From the NCBI GenBank assembly GCA_963663275.1, contig OY760183.1:2208001-2272000 (forward strand): a stretch of DNA of 64,000 nt. Direction: 5' to 3'. The position numbers and the translations under genes are program-made. Below the pieces are notes generated by a model. That model saw nothing but the letters and a program-made list of their open reading frames with translations. It had not been told where the DNA came from and did no database searches. Origin of the DNA: Chloroflexota bacterium. Lineage in GTDB: Bacteria; Chloroflexota; UBA11872; VXOZ01. The number at the start of each line of letters is the position of its first letter. Within the stretch, counting starts at the first letter, position 1. This document shows, in pieces, positions 59,073 through 64,000 of the stretch.

Positions 59073-59797
59073 AACTGGTGATCGGGCATCTCTATCCGCG
59101 CCTGATGAACATGTACGCGGATCGCGGCAACGTGATCTGCCTGGAGCGGCGCTGCAAGTGGCGCGGCATCGCGGTGGAGGTGCGGAGCGTTGGCCCGGGA
59201 CCTCTGGACAAGGCCGGTGAACTCGATCTGCTGCTGGTCGGCGGCGGGCAAGACCGCGAGCAGTGGCTGGCTTCACAGGACCTGGTGGAGACGAAAGGCC
59301 CGGCGCTGCGCGACGCGATTGACGACGGCCTGGTGGCGCTCGCAGTGTGCGGCGGGTACCAACTCTTTGGCGAGTACTATCGCGACGCCGCCGGCGGCGA
59401 ACTGCGCGGCATCGCGGCGCTGCCGGCCTATACGCTGCATCCCGGCGAGGGCAGCGAACGCTGCATTGGCAACATCGTTACCGAATGGCAGGGCAGGAAA
59501 CTCGTCGGGTTCGAGAACCACGGCGGCCGGACGTATCTCCACGAACCGGCGGCCGCGCTCGCGACCGTGGTGAAGGGGTTTGGCAATAACGGCTCGGACC
59601 GCACGGAAGGCGCGCGGTGGCGCAACGTGTACGGCACGTATCTCCACGGCTCGCTGCTGCCCAAGAACCCGGCCTTTGCGGACCATCTGATCCTGCAAGC
59701 CCTGCAACGGCGCTACGGTACCGCCGCATTGCCGCAGCTGGACGACGCGTTGGAAGCGAGCGCGCATGAACGGGCGCTGGACATCACGGGCGGCTAG
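59069..59797 (+). CDS. gatD: glutamine amidotransferase subunit GatD (CobQ-like)
   Basis: 'HLYP..MN.Y.DRGN', 'GGGQD', 'VCGGYQ', 'GFENH.G', 'YLHGSLLPKN'; ATGA overlap with murT. Confidence 0.9.
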   Translation: MKLVIGHLYPRLMNMYADRGNVICLERRCKWRGIAVEVRSVGPGPLDKAGELDLLLVGGGQDREQWLASQDLVETKGPALRDAIDDGLVALAVCGGYQLFGEYYRDAAGGELRGIAALPAYTLHPGEGSERCIGNIVTEWQGRKLVGFENHGGRTYLHEPAAALATVVKGFGNNGSDRTEGARWRNVYGTYLHGSLLPKNPAFADHLILQALQRRYGTAALPQLDDALEASAHERALDITGG

Positions 59798-59914
59798 GGG
59801 CGCTTGCGGCTGTTCGCGAGCGTAGCCTGTGCTACACTGCCACACGTGAGCGGCCGCAAGTTCGACGTTCTAACTTGACGTAATAACACTGGAAACGTAC
59901 GGGAGGTGTGCGCC

Positions 59915-61588
59915 GTGTCGAGTATCCGGACTATGGTTGACGTCAACGTGCCGATGCGGGATGGGACCGCTTTGTCCGCCGACATCTTTCTGCCGCCGGA
60001 CGCCGCGCCCGCGCCTACCGTGCTGATGCGCACGCCGTACGGCAACAACACCGACCTCTTGATCGAGAAGGGGCGCTCCCTGGCCGGCCGGGGATATGCC
60101 GCCGTCATGCAGGACGTGCGCGGCCGCTGGGACTCGGAAGGTTCCTATTACCCGGTAAACAATGAAGCCGACGACGGCCACGACACGGTGGAATGGATTG
60201 CCCAGCAGCCGTGGAGCGCCGGCAAGGTCGGCATGGCGGGCGGGTCGTACGTTGGCATCACCCAATGGACCGCCGCCTGGCGGGGCAGCGACCACCTGAC
60301 CTGCATCGTGCCCCGGGTCGCCCCCTGCGACTTCTACGATTCGCCCGGCTATACCCAGGGCGCTCTGCAGATTGGCGTGCTGGCCACGTGGGGCTCGCGC
60401 ACCCATGGCCGCACGGCGCAGAACATCGAGTACGAAGACTGGGGCCGGGTCTTCCGCACGCTGCCTGTGGACGAGATTCCCGCGGCAATTGGGCGAGATC
60501 TGGAGTTCTGGAAAGACTGGGTTCGCCATCCGCACTATGGCGAGTACTGGGAGAAATCCAGCAACAGCGCAAACTGGCAGACCGTCAAAGCGCCGGCCTA
60601 CAACATGGGCGGCTGGTTCGACCTTTACTCCAAGGCCACGTTCGACAATTGGAACGAACTGCGACTGCGCGGCGGCACGGCGGAGGCGCGGCAGAGCCAA
60701 CTCATCATGGGCCCCTGGCCGCATACGCTCTCTATGTCACGAGTTACGGGCCAGGTGGACTTTGGCGCGGACTCGATGGTTGACCTGGATGGTGAAGAGT
60801 TGCGCTGGTTCGACTACTGGCTGAAGGGAGAGCAAAACGGCATTCTGGAAGAACCGCCGCTGCGCCTCTTCATCATGGGAAGCAACGAGTGGCGCAGCGA
60901 GCGCGAGTGGCCGCTGGCGCGCACCGACTGGCAGCGATGGTACTTCCACTCTCGCGGCGCCGCCAATACGCTGAACGGCGACGGCGGCCTCTCCACCGAT
61001 GCGCCGGCGGACGAACCGGCCGATGGCTTTACCTACGACCCCATGGCGCCGGTGCCGACATTGGGCGGCAACAACTGCTGTTCGCCCCACATCGTGCCCT
61101 GGGGGCCGTACGACCAGCAGAATATCGAGATGCGCCAGGACGTGCTGTGCTATACCAGCGAACGGCTGGAGCACGACCTGGAAGTTACCGGCCCGATCAA
61201 GGTGGTTCTCTACGCCGAAACCGATCAACCGGATACCGACTGGACGGCCAAGCTGGTGGACGTCTATCCGGACGGCCGCGCCTTCAGCCTTTGCGATAGC
61301 ATTGTGCGCGCGCGCTTCCGCGAAGGGCGGGAGACGTCGTCACTCATCCGGCCCGGCACGGTCTACGAGTACGAGATCGACCTCTGGGTAATCGGCAACG
61401 TCTTCAAAGCCGGCCACCGCATCCGCGTCGAAGTCTCGTCCAGCAACTTCCCGCGCTTCGACCGGAACCTCAACACGGGCGCGGAGAACAACGGCCTGGA
61501 CGACCAATGGCAAACGGCGCGGCAGGCAGTCCACCACAGCCGGGCCTATCCTTCCCACATCCTGTTGCCTGTTATTCCATCCGCGTGA
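59915..61588 (+). CDS. CocE/NonD family serine hydrolase
   Basis: 'MRDG..L', 'RTPY', 'QDVRGR..SEG', nucleophile 'GGSY', 'GPWPH', 'SSSNFPRFDRN'. Confidence 0.92.
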   Translation: MSSIRTMVDVNVPMRDGTALSADIFLPPDAAPAPTVLMRTPYGNNTDLLIEKGRSLAGRGYAAVMQDVRGRWDSEGSYYPVNNEADDGHDTVEWIAQQPWSAGKVGMAGGSYVGITQWTAAWRGSDHLTCIVPRVAPCDFYDSPGYTQGALQIGVLATWGSRTHGRTAQNIEYEDWGRVFRTLPVDEIPAAIGRDLEFWKDWVRHPHYGEYWEKSSNSANWQTVKAPAYNMGGWFDLYSKATFDNWNELRLRGGTAEARQSQLIMGPWPHTLSMSRVTGQVDFGADSMVDLDGEELRWFDYWLKGEQNGILEEPPLRLFIMGSNEWRSEREWPLARTDWQRWYFHSRGAANTLNGDGGLSTDAPADEPADGFTYDPMAPVPTLGGNNCCSPHIVPWGPYDQQNIEMRQDVLCYTSERLEHDLEVTGPIKVVLYAETDQPDTDWTAKLVDVYPDGRAFSLCDSIVRARFREGRETSSLIRPGTVYEYEIDLWVIGNVFKAGHRIRVEVSSSNFPRFDRNLNTGAENNGLDDQWQTARQAVHHSRAYPSHILLPVIPSA

Positions 61589-61609
61589 GGCACGTTGAGG
61601 GAAGGCCCT

Positions 61610-61636
61610 GGATTCCTCGCTGCGCTCGGAATGACA
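61610..61636. repeat. REP-like singlet GGATTCCTCGCTGCGCTCGGAATGACA
   Basis: Near-identical to the right arm of 42790-42883. Confidence 0.8.
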
Positions 61637-61724
61637 GTGAATCAGGAATAGTGATATCCAGCCTGCGCCGGGGGTGGCGCGGGGTTCGCTCAAGGCACGG
61701 CCTGGGCGGTCGGCCCTGCCATGG

Positions 61725-61864
61725 GAGACCTTTGCATAACCCCTTCCCCATTGAGGGGGAAGGTTGGGATGGGGGTGCAAAGGCTTGAAAACAGGCTATT
61801 TTTGATTGTAAATGCGGTCTGGATTCCGGCTTTCGCCGGAATGACACAGTTATGCAAAGGTCTC
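61725..61864. mobile_element. 140-bp MITE with perfect terminal inverted repeats
   Basis: GAGACCTTTGCATAAC (61725-61740) and GTTATGCAAAGGTCTC (61849-61864), flanked by a CATGG direct repeat; no ORF inside. Confidence 0.75.
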
Positions 61865-61952
61865 CATGGGAATAGCGTGGGATAGCAGTAACTCAAAGTC
61901 GGCCTCTGGCGGCCGGCTTCACCAATGGGGCAACGACAGCTACGTCAGGCGG

Positions 61953-63167
61953 CTACTGGCCCCGCCGGTTTATGCGTTTGCGCAGGAACGTCGGCACGTC
62001 CAGGTCGTGCTCGGTTTCCATTTCCCGCACCTCTTCCTGATCGATCGGAATCACCGACGGTTGCTGCGGATCTTCCGCTCCGCGAGGCTCGGGGGAGGAA
62101 CGCATGTTAATGCGCCGCAGTTCTTGCTCATCGAACCCGGTCGCGATGATCGTAATCTTGAGGTCGGAAGTCATCGAGTCATCGACCACCGAGCCAAAGA
62201 TGATGGTCGCGTCCGGGTCGGCGGCTTTGGAGACGATCTCAGCCGCTTGCGAGACTTCGTGCAGGCTCATGTCCGGCCCGCCGGTGAAGTTCAGCAGAAT
62301 GCCTTTGGCGCCGTCGATGGACATTTCCAGTAGCGGATTGGCCAGAGCGTCGCGCACCGCGTCGGACGCGCGGTTTTCGCCGCTGCCGTAGCCAATGGCC
62401 ATGTAGGCGGTGCCGGAATTCTGCATAATCGTCTTCACGTCGTTGAAGTCCAGGTTGATGAGCCCGGGCTGGGTAATGAGGTCGGAAATGCCCTGGACGG
62501 CCTGGCGCAGCACCTCATCCGCCAGCCGGAAGGCCTCCGCAATGGGCGTATTCTTCGGCGCAATTTGCAGAATCCGGTCATTCGGTATTGTGATGAGCGT
62601 ATCGACGTGCTCGCGCAGTCTGCGGATGCCCTCTTCGGTGATGCGCTTGCGCGGCACGCCCTCCCAGGTGAACGGTTTGGTAACCACGCCCACGGTAAGA
62701 GCGGCGATGCTGCGTGAGATTTCCGCGATGACGGGAGCGGAGCCCGTGCCGGTGCCGCCGCCCATGCCAACGGCGATGAAGACCATGTCGGCGCCGCGCA
62801 GGGCGTCCTGGAGGTCTTCGTAGGCTTCTTCCGCCGCCTTCTCTCCAACCGCGGGGTCGCCGCCGGCGCCGAGACCCTTGGTCAGCTTGTCGCCAATGCG
62901 AATGCGCACCTCGGCGTCGGAACTCATCAAGGTCTGGGCGTCGGTATTGACGGCGATGAACTCAACGCCGCTGACGCGACTCTGGATCATGCGGTCGATC
63001 GCGTTGCCGCCGGCGCCGCCGGCGCCAACCACCTTGATTTGCGCCCAAGACTCCTGCCGCTGCCGGGCGCGCTCCGTGTGCGATTGATCAGACGTATCCG
63101 GCTGATCGGACGGTCCCGGTGACAACCGGGAAATGCGGTTCTCTGAGCCTTGTGCCATGTGCACCAC
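61953..63167 (-). CDS. ftsZ: cell division protein FtsZ
   Basis: 'VVGAGGAGGNA', 'GMGGGTGTG', 'INLDFND', C-terminal 'DVPTFLRK'. Confidence 0.98.
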   Translation of the reverse strand: MVHMAQGSENRISRLSPGPSDQPDTSDQSHTERARQRQESWAQIKVVGAGGAGGNAIDRMIQSRVSGVEFIAVNTDAQTLMSSDAEVRIRIGDKLTKGLGAGGDPAVGEKAAEEAYEDLQDALRGADMVFIAVGMGGGTGTGSAPVIAEISRSIAALTVGVVTKPFTWEGVPRKRITEEGIRRLREHVDTLITIPNDRILQIAPKNTPIAEAFRLADEVLRQAVQGISDLITQPGLINLDFNDVKTIMQNSGTAYMAIGYGSGENRASDAVRDALANPLLEMSIDGAKGILLNFTGGPDMSLHEVSQAAEIVSKAADPDATIIFGSVVDDSMTSDLKITIIATGFDEQELRRINMRSSPEPRGAEDPQQPSVIPIDQEEVREMETEHDLDVPTFLRKRINRRGQ

Positions 63168-63177
63168 CTACATTGCG

Positions 63178-64000
63178 TTAACTCATTGGAATGAACGGTC
63201 GCATGATTGAACTAACTCTCGCTGCCACCGCGCCGATGGCGGCGCTGAACGGGCGCCGCCTCCGCGCTCGCTGGAGACGAGCCGCGTAGAGCGACAACCC
63301 CACGCTGGTGGCAAACTCCGGCCGGGAGATTTCCTCGTCCATGCCTTGCAGGGCCGGCGGCACTCCCTGGCGCACCGGCAAGCCCAGCACCGCGGTGGCC
63401 AACTCTTCCAGGCCGTGCAATTCGGAGCCGCCGCCGGTGAGCACCACCCCGGCCGGCAGCACGTCGAAATACCCCGTGCGCCGCAACTCGTCTTTGATGA
63501 GTTCGAGGAGTTCCTCCATTCGCGCAACGACAATCGTGGCCAGGTCTCGGCGCGGGATGACCGACCACTTACCGGGATAGAGGCCGGGAGCATTGAATTC
63601 CGTATTGTCTTCCAATGCGCCTTCTCCCACCGTCCCGCAGCGCAGCTTAATCTCTTCGGCTACGTCCTGGGGCAGCCTGAGGCCATAGGCGATGTCCTTG
63701 GTTATGCTCATGCCGCCGACCGGTATGCTAGCAGTATGCCACGGCAGGCCGTCCATATACAGCGCGATGTCGGTCGTGCCGCCGCCAATGTCCACCAGCA
63801 CAACGCCAAGCTGCTTTTCATGCTCCGTCAGCACCGCCTCGGCCGCCGCGAACGCCTGGGGCATGATCTCCCCATCCACCTCGAGTTCCGCCGCGTTCAC
63901 GCAAGACGTCAGATTGCGAACCGGCCCCACCGCGCCCGTAATCACGTGCACCTCCGCGCCCAGCACGTTGCCGTACATGCCGGCGGGATCGCGAATGCCC
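63178..64000 (-). CDS. ftsA: cell division protein FtsA (5' part lies outside the window)
   Basis: 'VDIGGGTTD', 'GG..ITKDI', 'VVLTGGG', 'PEFATSVGL'; upstream of ftsZ. Confidence 0.93.
   Translation of the reverse strand, partial: GIRDPAGMYGNVLGAEVHVITGAVGPVRNLTSCVNAAELEVDGEIMPQAFAAAEAVLTEHEKQLGVVLVDIGGGTTDIALYMDGLPWHTASIPVGGMSITKDIAYGLRLPQDVAEEIKLRCGTVGEGALEDNTEFNAPGLYPGKWSVIPRRDLATIVVARMEELLELIKDELRRTGYFDVLPAGVVLTGGGSELHGLEELATAVLGLPVRQGVPPALQGMDEEISRPEFATSVGLSLYAARLQRARRRRPFSAAIGAVAARVSSIMRPFIPMS

Noticed and set aside
59069-59797. Cobyric acid synthase CobQ (cobalamin synthesis)
   Set aside because: It is a stand-alone GATase coupled to a MurT/DUF1727 ligase, which identifies it as GatD.

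Overview
This is a high-GC bacterial chromosomal window. The gene content suggests Chloroflexota (inference, not confirmed). Housekeeping blocks: argD-argG-argH; a SAM-cycle/MTA-salvage operon (mtnA-mtnP-PfkB kinase-ahcY-metK); a cysteine desulfurase; tpiA; rplU-rpmA; tRNA-Asn(GTT) and tRNA-Ala(CGC); a surface-polysaccharide cluster (GT2/GT4 enzymes, O-antigen-ligase-like protein, priming phosphotransferase); icd; darA-murT-gatD; and ftsA (partial)-ftsZ. Two visibly AT-richer accessory patches stand out. The first (4.2-5.4 kb) holds a small Asn-rich peptide plus an HTH-NYN RNase-like fusion behind a nested operator. The second (25.7-29.4 kb) is a toxin-antitoxin-rich islet. Its core is a translationally coupled three-gene operon (TIGR04255-like protein, unknown protein, small ADP-ribosyltransferase-like protein) abutting a 5'-truncated brnT; this is the best candidate for an undescribed defence or toxin-antitoxin-chaperone-like system. 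Other oddities: an NCS2 permease fused to a degenerate RsbW-like ATPase domain that appears to start at ATC; a BacNav-type channel with a TLEGW filter; and at least five families of short palindromic repeats, one copy inserted in frame in a glycosyltransferase and two carried inside a MITE. All family calls are by-eye motif recognition; no searches were run.
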